DNA from: a virus
Taxonomy: Duplodnaviria; Caudoviricetes
Reading direction: 5' to 3' (one strand)
Virus record (IMG/VR): IMGVR_UViG_3300032318_000902
Span: 1 to 35,124 of that record
DNA: 35,124 bases
The position numbers were made by a program, and so were the translations under genes. Below are positions 1 through 8,903 of this stretch, one piece after another (position 1 is the stretch's first letter; each line of letters starts with the position of its first letter). The notes below the pieces were generated by a model that made no database searches, was not told where the DNA came from, and was given only the letters and a program-made list of their open reading frames with translations.

Positions 1-66
1 AATTCATCGGGCATTAACTTTATTACGATTAACGAGGACTTTCCTTCTTTATCTTTGCTGTTATGA
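1..66 (+). CDS. 3' end of a CDS truncated by the window start
   Basis: Frame 1 is open from base 1 (NSSGINFITINEDFPSLSLLL) to TGA 64-66, which overlaps the next ATG (ATGA). Confidence 0.6.
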   Translation, partial: NSSGINFITINEDFPSLSLLL

Positions 67-767
67 AATTAGCCGTTGTTGCCTCAGGTTGGCACTTTCC
101 CTTAGATTTTTATGAATCAGTTGCACGGCAAATCGTGGTCAAAGATTGGCAGTACGATTTGTTTTGCATTTCACACCGTGACCCAAAATATTCAAAGGAA
201 GAAAAAACGGGATTAAACCTAAAGGAATTGGACACCATTCTTTATAAAGAAATTGCAACCATTGAGCAGATTAAACAACTGGGTTGGAATTATAAGGAAT
301 ATCCAAACACAGTCGGGGACTGGGGTTGTTCTAATCAATGGCTTGAAGAACACAATTTTACGGAATACGATTTGCTTTTATTTACCCATGATGACAATTT
401 TATTCACAATTATAAATGGTTTGGCAACATCATTCACTTTATGAACGAGGATTGGGAAATACTTAGTAATTCATGCGGAGATCCTGTTGGTTGGTTGCGT
501 GGTTCTTGCGAGTTCTTTAAACCCTCTTTACTGCATAAGATAGGCGGCAAGTTTGATTTATCCTTAGTTGACCTAAACCGGGAAGGGGAAATATATTCAC
601 CAGATAAATGGGTAGATTTGTTTGACTGGAACAACACGGTACACCCGTTAATGAAATTTATATCGGATAATAAAATAAGCGTTGGTCATTTATCAAAGAC
701 GTATCGGCATTCAATGTTTGTGTCTGAGGGCGAACGCGGATTTATTTCCCCAATTTTAAAAAAATAA
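63..767 (+). CDS. Putative glycosyltransferase (GT-A/GT2-like)
   Basis: 234 aa. N-terminal beta strand (MKLAVVAS) and a YDLLLFTHDDNF segment resembling the DxD metal-binding motif of GT-A enzymes. Adjacent to a second GT. Confidence 0.5.
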   Translation: MKLAVVASGWHFPLDFYESVARQIVVKDWQYDLFCISHRDPKYSKEEKTGLNLKELDTILYKEIATIEQIKQLGWNYKEYPNTVGDWGCSNQWLEEHNFTEYDLLLFTHDDNFIHNYKWFGNIIHFMNEDWEILSNSCGDPVGWLRGSCEFFKPSLLHKIGGKFDLSLVDLNREGEIYSPDKWVDLFDWNNTVHPLMKFISDNKISVGHLSKTYRHSMFVSEGERGFISPILKK

Positions 768-770
768 TAT

Positions 771-778
771 TATATTTG
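771..778 (+). promoter_or_regulatory. Bacteroidota-type -7 promoter box (TATATTTG)
   Basis: Matches the TAnnTTTG consensus in an AT-rich gap, about 20 nt upstream of ATG 797. Confidence 0.5.
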
Positions 779-796
779 TATAATAATTTAAAAAAA

Positions 797-967
797 ATGA
801 ACACAACGAAACCTCAAGAAATGTACGGGGTAACCTTTCGAAATAAGGTTATAAGGCAGCGGCTCCTTGACATTCAATACGATTTATGGAAGGCAACAGG
901 GCGCAAGCACTCAATGGAGTTGGTGCTGGAAGTATTATTGGATTCCTACAAAAACCGTCATAAATGA
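797..967 (+). CDS. Small hypothetical protein, possibly ribbon-helix-helix-like DNA-binding
   Basis: ATG 797 follows an A-run and is preferred over TTG 776. Strand-helix-helix pattern (YGVTFR...RQRLLDIQ...SMELVLEVLL). Overlaps the next gene. Confidence 0.55.
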   Translation: MNTTKPQEMYGVTFRNKVIRQRLLDIQYDLWKATGRKHSMELVLEVLLDSYKNRHK

Positions 968-1968
968 GAATAGGCATTGTTTGCAATCTTAGCAGCCCAA
1001 CGACCGACTACTATCGAACGGTTAATCCATTTATCAGGCTTCGGGAAGTTTTCCCGCAGTTCACGATTAAAATGATTAATCCTGACACGGTTAAGTGGTA
1101 CGATTTTTACGACGTCGATGTTGTTATCTTCCAGCGTGCCAACGGTAATGACTTACTTGGAATGATAAACGAGGTCAAACGAATGGGTAAGAAAATTATC
1201 TTAGACCATGACGACCTATTGCACGAGGTAAGCGCCGCGAATCCAGCAAGCCAACATTTTAATAAGCCTCAGGTAAAGGAATCAGTCGAAAAGGCTTTTA
1301 AATACGCTGACTGGGTGATGACGTCAACCCCGTACCTAAAGGAATTTTACTCCCAGTTTTACGATAAAGACAAGATCACGATTGTACCTAATGCGATTGA
1401 TTTTACCGTAACACCGATGCAGCCCGTGAAAAGGGATAAGTTAATAGACGCGAAGAAACGGGTAATCTGGCGGGGAAGTCAAACGCACTTGGAAGACCTT
1501 GCCACGGTTAAAAACTTTTGGATTGAGTTGCAGAAAAACGACAAAGTTGAATTAGGTATGGTCGGCTTGGCTGATTGGCTTGGCAAAACATTATACCCTA
1601 AGGCAATCATTGTGCCGTGGAACAATTCCCTTTTCCAGTATTTTGAGATGGTGAAGAACTCAGCGCCGCACTATGGCGTATTTCCCTTAACGATTGACAA
1701 TTTCAATCAGGCGAAGTCAAATAACTTTGCGATGGAAATGTTGGTTGCTGGTTGTATTTCCTACGCGCCTGAGGAAATCAAAGAATTTAATATTCCAGGG
1801 GTGCGGACATACAAAAACGAATTAGATTTAATCCACAAATTTACTAAGGCATTGGATAAAGATGATGCGTACTTTGTTGACTTAGAGGCTGGGCACAAGT
1901 GGTTGCAGGAGGAAAGGGACTTGAAAAAGGTAAATATTTTAAGGTTGGAAATAATGGAAAGTATATAA
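964..1968 (+). CDS. Glycosyltransferase, GT-B fold (GT4-like)
   Basis: 334 aa with motifs YYRTVNP, DVVIFQR, KIILDHDDLL, ADWVMTSTPYL, IVPNAID, VIWRGSQTH and FNQAKSN, typical of phage GT-B glycosyltransferases. Confidence 0.8.
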   Translation: MRIGIVCNLSSPTTDYYRTVNPFIRLREVFPQFTIKMINPDTVKWYDFYDVDVVIFQRANGNDLLGMINEVKRMGKKIILDHDDLLHEVSAANPASQHFNKPQVKESVEKAFKYADWVMTSTPYLKEFYSQFYDKDKITIVPNAIDFTVTPMQPVKRDKLIDAKKRVIWRGSQTHLEDLATVKNFWIELQKNDKVELGMVGLADWLGKTLYPKAIIVPWNNSLFQYFEMVKNSAPHYGVFPLTIDNFNQAKSNNFAMEMLVAGCISYAPEEIKEFNIPGVRTYKNELDLIHKFTKALDKDDAYFVDLEAGHKWLQEERDLKKVNILRLEIMESI

Positions 1969-2222
1969 TGGGAACATCTGGAGGAAATAATGACGTATCG
2001 TTTGACCCAAACGAAAAAGAAAGCACGGTTGAGGATTTATATAAATCAAACACCACGGTTAATGCTGACCTACCACAATGCTCAGGCGCTTATTGGGATC
2101 CAGAAGCCGAAAGACGGTGGAAAGAAAGGGCGGCTGCAATCAATGCACAAAGACGGTTGGAAAAGAAAATTGAAACAAAGGTTTACAAGCGATTAATTAA
2201 AGAGTTGCTAAAGAAAATATGA
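1968..2222 (+). CDS. Hypothetical protein
   Basis: ATG 1968 overlaps the previous TAA and its TGA overlaps the next ATG. Basic helical C-terminus. Confidence 0.7.
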   Translation: MGTSGGNNDVSFDPNEKESTVEDLYKSNTTVNADLPQCSGAYWDPEAERRWKERAAAINAQRRLEKKIETKVYKRLIKELLKKI

Positions 2223-3718
2223 AGCTAAAGGATATAAAACCAAATCCTAACAACCCACGCGTCCTGAGGGACGACAAGTTTCAAAAGCTAAAGCAAAGTA
2301 TCACGGAGTTTCCAAAGATGCTTTCGCTTCGCCCAATGGTCATTGATGAAAACAACGTGGTGCTTGGGGGCAACATGAGGCTCAGGGCTTTGCAAGAACT
2401 TGGATTCACGGACATTGAAGAAGCATGGGTAAAGCGAAGCAGCGATTTAACCGAGGAGGAAAAGAAGCGGTTTATCATTGCTGACAATGTCGCCTTTGGT
2501 GAATGGGACTGGGACACTTTGGCGAACGATTGGGACGTGGTGGACTTGGAGGCGTGGGGGTTGGAGATACCGCAGTTTGACAATGAGGCTAAGGAACTTG
2601 AGGCAAGTGAAGACGATTACGACGTCCCCGAAGGTGGCATTGAAACGGACATTGTCATTGGTGACTTGTTTGAGATTGGGGAGCATCGGTTGCTTTGTGG
2701 GGATTCAACGGACTCGGATGCCGTGGCGCGGTTGATGAATGGGGAGAAGGCGGATTTAGGACACAATGACCCGCCTTATGGCATGAAGAAAGAAAACGAA
2801 GGGGTTTTAAATGATAACTTAAATTATAACGATTTATTACAATTTAACCGTGAATGGATTGCTTTACAGTTTACTCATTTAAAAGATAACGGTTCTTTTT
2901 ATTGCTGGGGAACAGACGAGCCATTAATGGATATTTATACCGAAATTTTAAAACCATACATTAAAGAGCAAAAGGCAACGTTTAGAAATTTGATTACATG
3001 GGACAAAGGAAACGGACAGGGGCAAAATTCAGAGAACACCCGAAGTTATGCGATTGCAGACGAAAAATGTTTATTTGCAATGTGTGGTGTTCAAGGTTTT
3101 AATAATAATGCAGATAATTATTTTGAGGGATGGGATAGCATTGTAATTTATTTAGATAATGAAAAAGACAAAGCAAAATTAACTATAAAAGATTGCAAAA
3201 GACTTGCGGGACACAGTGAAAAAAGTGGCTGCCATTGGTTTGATAAAAGTCAATGGATGATGCCAACTAAAGACACTTATGATAGTTGGAGAAATTATTG
3301 CATTGAAAACAATATACAAGCGTTTCAAAAGGAATACGAGGAGTTAAAAAAGGAATACGAGGAGTTAAAAAAGGAATATTATAGTACACGAGCCTATTTT
3401 AATAATGTTCATGATAATTTTAATAATGTTTGGAAATTTGAAAGACATTTAAGACAAGGCGATGAAGGAGGACACGCAACGCCAAAACCCATTCCATTGT
3501 GCGAACGGGTTATAAAATCAAGTTGCCCAGAGAAAGGCTTGGTTCTCGATGTGTTCCTCGGTTCAGGCTCTACCATGGTTGCCGCGCACCAACTGAAACG
3601 CCGTTGTTTTGGCATGGAGTTAGAACCAAAGTATTGCGCCGTTATCATTGACCGCATGGCAAAGTTAGACCCGTCGTTAAAAATTACAAGGAATGGAAAA
3701 GAATATAAAACCGTGTAA
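2219..3718 (+). CDS. ParB-like N-terminal domain fused to an N6-adenine/N4-cytosine DNA methyltransferase (beta class)
   Basis: N-terminus has IKPNPNNPR...RPMVIDENNVVLGGNMRLRA (ParB/Srx). This is followed by HRLLCGDS, catalytic NDPPY, HATPKP and SAM-binding VLDVFLGSGST near the C-terminus. Confidence 0.9.
   Translation: MKLKDIKPNPNNPRVLRDDKFQKLKQSITEFPKMLSLRPMVIDENNVVLGGNMRLRALQELGFTDIEEAWVKRSSDLTEEEKKRFIIADNVAFGEWDWDTLANDWDVVDLEAWGLEIPQFDNEAKELEASEDDYDVPEGGIETDIVIGDLFEIGEHRLLCGDSTDSDAVARLMNGEKADLGHNDPPYGMKKENEGVLNDNLNYNDLLQFNREWIALQFTHLKDNGSFYCWGTDEPLMDIYTEILKPYIKEQKATFRNLITWDKGNGQGQNSENTRSYAIADEKCLFAMCGVQGFNNNADNYFEGWDSIVIYLDNEKDKAKLTIKDCKRLAGHSEKSGCHWFDKSQWMMPTKDTYDSWRNYCIENNIQAFQKEYEELKKEYEELKKEYYSTRAYFNNVHDNFNNVWKFERHLRQGDEGGHATPKPIPLCERVIKSSCPEKGLVLDVFLGSGSTMVAAHQLKRRCFGMELEPKYCAVIIDRMAKLDPSLKITRNGKEYKTV
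3327..3378 (+). repeat. 21-bp tandem repeat (2.5 copies) encoding KEYEELK heptads
   Basis: AAAAGGAATACGAGGAGTTAA at 3327-3347 and 3348-3368, plus a partial copy at 3369-3378. Confidence 0.9.
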
Positions 3719-3729
3719 AACCCCGTAAA

Positions 3730-4041
3730 ATGAGAGAAGGAAGGAACGGAGGCAAACTAAAAGATGGTGGAAGCAATGGAGGCGGTCGCCCTAAGAAGCT
3801 CCCTGCCCTTGACTTGATAATGGCAAATGTCATGGGTCAGGAAAAGGACGGCATCACGGCGGCGGAGGCGATTATCATGAAGCTAAGGGAACAGGCGGCA
3901 AAGGGTGATATCAAGGCGGCTCAGTTGCTCCTTGACCGTGCATACGGCAAAGCAAAGCAAAACATTGACATCACGACGCAAGGGGAAAAGGTGACCGTGC
4001 CAACGATTATATTTACAAAGGAAAACAATAACAATGAGTAA
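3730..4041 (+). CDS. terS: Terminase small subunit-like protein
   Basis: GGRPKK N-terminal motif and GDIKAAQLLLDRAYGKAKQNIDIT. Lies upstream of the large terminase. Confidence 0.7.
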   Translation: MREGRNGGKLKDGGSNGGGRPKKLPALDLIMANVMGQEKDGITAAEAIIMKLREQAAKGDIKAAQLLLDRAYGKAKQNIDITTQGEKVTVPTIIFTKENNNNE

Positions 4042-4378
4042 AATAATGATTAGTCAGCCAATGAATGGCTTAACAGAGGAACAAATTACTAACGCTCAAA
4101 ACAAGTTTCTTGAATATGCTAAAAAAGAAAACTTAGTAGTTGTTTATACTTTCTTTAAAGATGTATGGTATTCTCAAGATTCCATGAGTTTAAGAGGAGT
4201 TGTTCATTTACCTATATGTTTTTTAGCAAAGTCACTTGAATATATGAGCGAATGCAGTACTGTTTATTTTGCAAAAGACTGGGAGAATGCAAGAGGTTGT
4301 AAGATTGAGCATGAAGTAGCCTTGCAATATGGTTTAGATATTATTTACGAGGCAAATGAGTTGAACGAATCAGTATAA
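4034..4378 (+). CDS. DUF4406-like (nucleoside deoxyribosyltransferase-fold) protein
   Basis: KIMISQPMNG...MSECSTVYFAKDWENARGCKIEHEVA matches this family's pattern. AT-rich codon usage. Confidence 0.7.
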   Translation: MSKIMISQPMNGLTEEQITNAQNKFLEYAKKENLVVVYTFFKDVWYSQDSMSLRGVVHLPICFLAKSLEYMSECSTVYFAKDWENARGCKIEHEVALQYGLDIIYEANELNESV

Positions 4379-5608
4379 ATGGAGATAAAAGTTAGTGACA
4401 AATATCAATCCCTTTGGCAACCGCGAACGCGTTACTTCCTGATTACTGGGGGGCGTGGTTCGGCAAAGTCCTTTACCGTGGGGCTTTGGGCTTGTAATAT
4501 GTTATTGGCTTATAAGAACTGGAAGGTTCTGTTTACGCGGTACACGTTATCAAGCGCCAACATTTCCGTTATCCCAGAGTTCAGGGAAAAGATTGACTTG
4601 TTGGGCGTGGGTGATGAATTCAATATGACCAATGCGCAGATTGGGCACAAGGTGACAAAGAGTGAAATAATATTTTCCGGTATTAAAACAAGTTCGGGAA
4701 ACCAAACGGCAAAGTTAAAATCGATACCCGGGTTAAATGTTTTTATCGTTGACGAGGCTGAAGAGTTTGTAAGCGAAAAGGACTTTGATACCATTGATGA
4801 ATCAATACGTATGCCTGATACGCCCAACCTTGTTATCCTTGTCATGAACCCGCAGGACGTGGAACATTGGATTTGGAAGCGGTGGTTTGAAAAGTCGCAC
4901 CGTATGGAAACGATTGACGGGCATTCGATACCGATAAGCACGCATGAGGATATAACGCACATACATACAACGTACTTAGATAACTTTAATAATCTTAGTT
5001 TAGATTATCGTAATAAGATAGATGCGATTAAAACCAAGTACCCTGAGGCATACGCGCACAGGTTCTTGGGCAAATGGCTGGATAAGAAACAGGGCGTAAT
5101 ATTTCCAAACTGGGTGGAAGGCGAATTTGATACAAGCCTACCTTTCGCCTACGGGCTTGACTTCGGATTTTATCCAGACCCATTGGCGCTTGTTAAGGTT
5201 GCGGTTGACACGGGCGCAAAGAAGATATACGTTGACGAGGTGATTTATAAACAATCGCTTTCCTATGACGCAGTCATTGAACAGATGAAACAATTTGTTC
5301 ACCCAAATAGCATGATAATTGCGGACACAAGCGAACCACGTTTGATTGAGGCATTAAACCAAAGTGGCTTGAATGTACACAAAGCTGAGAAAGGGGCGGG
5401 GTCAATCGTGGAAGGGATTAAAAAAATGTTAGATTATCAAATTGTTGTGACTGAAAAATCATATAACATGAAGCATGAATTAAGAAATTACATTTGGAAC
5501 GATAAGAAATCGTCCACGCCCTTAGATGCTGATAATCACGGCATGGATTCACTCAGGTATATATTTTCACGGCTGGCACAAGGCAGCGATTTATTGGCTT
5601 ACAATTAA
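4379..5608 (+). CDS. terL: Terminase large subunit (PBSX-like)
   Basis: Walker A GGRGSAKS, Walker B FIVDEAEE, coupling motif MNP, and nuclease GLDFGF...DNHGMDSLRY. Confidence 0.95.
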   Translation: MEIKVSDKYQSLWQPRTRYFLITGGRGSAKSFTVGLWACNMLLAYKNWKVLFTRYTLSSANISVIPEFREKIDLLGVGDEFNMTNAQIGHKVTKSEIIFSGIKTSSGNQTAKLKSIPGLNVFIVDEAEEFVSEKDFDTIDESIRMPDTPNLVILVMNPQDVEHWIWKRWFEKSHRMETIDGHSIPISTHEDITHIHTTYLDNFNNLSLDYRNKIDAIKTKYPEAYAHRFLGKWLDKKQGVIFPNWVEGEFDTSLPFAYGLDFGFYPDPLALVKVAVDTGAKKIYVDEVIYKQSLSYDAVIEQMKQFVHPNSMIIADTSEPRLIEALNQSGLNVHKAEKGAGSIVEGIKKMLDYQIVVTEKSYNMKHELRNYIWNDKKSSTPLDADNHGMDSLRYIFSRLAQGSDLLAYN

Positions 5609-5619
5609 AATGAAAAGAT

Positions 5620-5907
5620 ATGACAGATAAAGAAAAGGCGGTTATCATTATTGACTTAATCGAAAAGGTTACGCAAGAAATAATTGACAAACCGCAACAC
5701 CGAAAGAAATATTTGCAGATGCGTGGACACCTTGAAAAAGCCGTGAAGCTCACAGGCAACGGAATCAAAAGGGAATGGTCACGACCGCCCAGCCTTCCAA
5801 TTTTCCAGCATGAAAAGGGAACGGCAAAGCCATTTGAACCCGAAACAAGCGGCGACGTATTGGCTGACAATTCACCCGAATCAACACGCAAAGGAAAGAA
5901 AAAGTAA
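5620..5907 (+). CDS. Hypothetical protein
   Basis: 95-aa ORF with translational coupling to the next gene (TAATG). Confidence 0.7.
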   Translation: MTDKEKAVIIIDLIEKVTQEIIDKPQHRKKYLQMRGHLEKAVKLTGNGIKREWSRPPSLPIFQHEKGTAKPFEPETSGDVLADNSPESTRKGKKK

Positions 5908-6800
5908 TGGTACAATTTCATTTATCTCATTCCGATAAAAAGTATTTTTATCCTGAGACGGCAGCGGATATAACGCTGGAACAATACGTTTACTTCCATA
6001 AATTTATCCTTCCTCAATACCCCGAAGTTGAGCTTGACGCATTGGTGGCACAAAAGCAAATGAAGGCGGCGTATGATAAAATCAAACCGTATGCAAAGAA
6101 GTTAGGCATTGACTTGCTTAAATTATGGGCGGACGTGGTTAAGGAATGTGAAATAATCCTTTTGACAGATAATGTCAAAGACAATGTGCGTCGTTTCCTT
6201 CCAGCATTGATTGAACAGTTTAATGCAAATGAAAAGGCATTGTACAAGTGTCTTGGAATCATGGACGAAGTCTGGGAGGCGCAAGTAAAATACCCGTACA
6301 TGGCAAAGGTGGTAAACTATTTTACGGGCATTCCCTTAGATGCCTGTTATGGCAAGGTTGCGGAAAGTCTGGAGTTGAAATATTTAACTTATATGTTTAC
6401 AAAGATCCTCAATGCAATAAGCGTACCTGAGGAATTGAAATATAAACAGATATACGACTTCAATGACACTTTGTATTATCTTCCTGATAAGCTAATGTCA
6501 AAGTCCACTTTGCTTGAGTTCGCTGAGGCGGCTCAATTTGACAAGGGACGCAAGGCGATTGAAAACAATGATGCTCAGGGGTTACTTCATGTCATTGCCG
6601 TGTTGCTCAGGAAGAAGGACGAGGCATATAGCGACGAGGTATTTCAAAGGAATTGCATTGACTTTTTAAAATTGCCGTTACAAGTTGGCTTTGAAATTGG
6701 TTTTTTTTTGACGAAGTTAAGCGAGAGTTATCAAGTCGATTTGCAGACCTCTATGCTTCGCAAGGCGATGCAAAGTATGCCAGCGCTTCAAGACAATTAA
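5907..6800 (+). CDS. Putative tail assembly chaperone (frame-0 product)
   Basis: 297 aa, helical. DITLEQY at the N-terminus and LHVIAVLLR...LPLQVGFEIGFF near a T9 slippery run at 6701-6709. Confidence 0.6.
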   Translation: MVQFHLSHSDKKYFYPETAADITLEQYVYFHKFILPQYPEVELDALVAQKQMKAAYDKIKPYAKKLGIDLLKLWADVVKECEIILLTDNVKDNVRRFLPALIEQFNANEKALYKCLGIMDEVWEAQVKYPYMAKVVNYFTGIPLDACYGKVAESLELKYLTYMFTKILNAISVPEELKYKQIYDFNDTLYYLPDKLMSKSTLLEFAEAAQFDKGRKAIENNDAQGLLHVIAVLLRKKDEAYSDEVFQRNCIDFLKLPLQVGFEIGFFLTKLSESYQVDLQTSMLRKAMQSMPALQDN

Positions 6801-6985
6801 ATGACAAATACGGTTGGTACTTGACAATAAAGAAAATAGCTGAATGTGGATTGTTTAACTTGGCAGGGTTGACGCCCTTACAATCAAGCGAAAGGGCAAA
6901 TTTGTACGAGGTATTTCAATACCTTGCGTCCAAAGCGGCTGAGGATAACTTGTATCATGAAATACAAAAGCAAAGTAAAAAATGA
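6701..6985 (+). CDS. -1 programmed-frameshift extension of the chaperone (G-T-like product 5907..6985)
   Basis: After GGT TTT TTT the -1 frame is open for about 92 codons (FDEVKRELSSRFADLY...KYGWYLTIKKIAECGLF...QKQSKK). It ends at TGA 6983-6985, overlapping the next ATG, and fills the otherwise empty 6800-6982 gap. Confidence 0.8.
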   Translation, partial: FFFDEVKRELSSRFADLYASQGDAKYASASRQLNDKYGWYLTIKKIAECGLFNLAGLTPLQSSERANLYEVFQYLASKAAEDNLYHEIQKQSKK

Positions 6986-8658
6986 ATATTAGGGAAATAA
7001 GCGACATTTTCAAGGATACCGCGGATAATATAACGGCGATAAAAAGCTACAATTTCGGTTGGGCTTCCGACCGTGTTCGACAAGGAAACACTGAGGACTT
7101 TCAGGAGTTGAACGAATTTCCCCGTGTTTTCTTTTCCGTGCCAACGATTATCGGCTCAGACCAAACACGCAAGCAAGACACATACCAAGTTACTTTGTTC
7201 TTTGACGATTTATTGGGATATAATAATGAAGGGGATGCGGATCTCACTTTGCAAATAGATAAGTGGGCAGCCCTGCAGGAATATGCAAATTACTTTGTGC
7301 AAAGGTTGAACAAGGTAAAACAAAGCATTTTACCTAATTACCTTTTTATTCCTGAGGCGCCGTCTATTACCTTTGATTCCTTCACAGGGTTGCAGCGAAT
7401 GATTACCGTGCAGCTTAGTTTTACTTTAGTTGTTCCAACAAACTGTGAACCTATTGTTTCTACTTTAATTGAATGCATTGCAAATATTATTACCTCAAGT
7501 AATTTAACTGCGTCAATAACAAGAATAATAAAGCTGACATCAACCTTACAGGCTTCTTCTTCGCTTAGTGCAACTGCCCTTGTTTCAAAGTTGGCTCAAT
7601 CAAATTTAAATACCGAAAGCTCTTTAGCTGCAAATATCCAATTAGCAAAGTTACCATCATCCTCTTTGAATGCTGGTGGCACATTGGTGGGCGACGCTTT
7701 TATCACAAGGTTATTTGCAGCAAGTTTAAACGGCAACGGAAGTATATTTGCCAATCCTTTGATTACAAAGTTTGCAGCTTCATCCTTAAACGCAAATGCA
7801 AGTTTAAACGCAAGTGCATTGATAAGCAAGTTGCCTTCATCGTCTTTAACAGGAGCGGGAACATTGGCAGCGGAGTTGACGGTGACGGGTTCAGCAACTT
7901 TACTTTTGGACTTGTATCCAAATGCAGCAGCCGCTTATTCCTTGCGTAAACTTCGCACGGCTTATGCAGGAAATGCAATAAGGGTAAGGAGGTCATCGGA
8001 TAACACGGAGCAAGACATTGGTTTTGTAAATGGTAATCTTGATACAGTTTCTTTATTAGCATTTTGCGGAGTTGGGAATGGTTTTGTATCAACGTGGTAC
8101 GACCAAAGTGGGAATGCAAATAATGCAACACAAGAAACGGCTGCAACTCAACCACAAATAGTAAGCAGTGGTGTTGTAATATTACAAAATACTAAGCCTA
8201 TTATTAAATTTGCTATTTCAAATCGTATGAATATATCTTTAATTAATCGAGAATTTTTAGATACGTCTTTTTTTATAACATACAAAAAATCTTCTTTAGG
8301 AAGTAATACTGTGTTTCTTCATGGTGCAGATGCTTATTTGTATTTAAATTATACTAATATTCAATATTATGGAAGCGTACAAGTTACAGATGCTGATTTT
8401 GACACAACTAATTATATGTTAATTTCTGTAACATCTGATTATAATGTAAAACTTAATTTTTATAAAAATAATGTTTTAGAACAGAGTAAAACAACTGGTA
8501 TTTCAGGAGGAGGACAAAAGGTAAGTATCATTTTTGATGGTACAGTTGGACAAAGAAAAGAATCATTTACAAATGAAATGATAATATATCCTACAGACCA
8601 AGATGTAAATGCATCTGCAATAAACACCAATATAAACACATATTATGGTATCTATTAA
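6982..8658 (+). CDS. Virion protein: tail-terminator-like N-domain, about 20-aa repeats, and a C-terminal ConA/LamG-like (arabinofuranosidase-B-like) domain
   Basis: About aa 1-155 has a terminator-like pattern (FPRVFF...YQVTLFFDD...TVQLSFTLVVP). About aa 165-300 holds Ser/Ala-rich repeats. The C-terminal part has AAYSLRKL...IRVRRSSDN...WYDQSGNANNATQ. Confidence 0.65.
   Translation: MNIREISDIFKDTADNITAIKSYNFGWASDRVRQGNTEDFQELNEFPRVFFSVPTIIGSDQTRKQDTYQVTLFFDDLLGYNNEGDADLTLQIDKWAALQEYANYFVQRLNKVKQSILPNYLFIPEAPSITFDSFTGLQRMITVQLSFTLVVPTNCEPIVSTLIECIANIITSSNLTASITRIIKLTSTLQASSSLSATALVSKLAQSNLNTESSLAANIQLAKLPSSSLNAGGTLVGDAFITRLFAASLNGNGSIFANPLITKFAASSLNANASLNASALISKLPSSSLTGAGTLAAELTVTGSATLLLDLYPNAAAAYSLRKLRTAYAGNAIRVRRSSDNTEQDIGFVNGNLDTVSLLAFCGVGNGFVSTWYDQSGNANNATQETAATQPQIVSSGVVILQNTKPIIKFAISNRMNISLINREFLDTSFFITYKKSSLGSNTVFLHGADAYLYLNYTNIQYYGSVQVTDADFDTTNYMLISVTSDYNVKLNFYKNNVLEQSKTTGISGGGQKVSIIFDGTVGQRKESFTNEMIIYPTDQDVNASAINTNINTYYGIY
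7530..7890 (+). repeat. About six degenerate 20-aa repeats (K/R-L/F-x-x-S-S-L-x-A/G...)
   Basis: KLAQSNLNTESSLAANIQLA / KLPSSSLNAGGTLVGDAFIT / RLFAASLNGNGSIFANPLIT / KFAASSLNANASLNASALIS / KLPSSSLTGAGTLAAELTVT, preceded by a 19-aa variant. Confidence 0.8.
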
Positions 8659-8884
8659 CGGCTACAAATACACTACGGAAAACCAAGCCATTGCGGCAAA
8701 GTTACAATGTAATGAATACTATGGCATTCCCTTGAATCCAAATGATGTAACACAAAATTGGGTTGACTACCAATTTGCAGAATTAAATGACCCTCAATTT
8801 TGGTACATTATTTACGATGAAACCTTGTTACCTATTTTAGGAACACCGATTGAATTTACAGTCATTTTTCCAGAATTAAATTAA
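8645..8884 (+). CDS. Small hypothetical protein, possible partner or chaperone of the lectin-like domain
   Basis: 79 aa, overlapping the end of the preceding gene. Confidence 0.7.
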   Translation: MVSINGYKYTTENQAIAAKLQCNEYYGIPLNPNDVTQNWVDYQFAELNDPQFWYIIYDETLLPILGTPIEFTVIFPELN

Positions 8885-8903
8885 CAAACAAAAAATAAAT
8901 ATC

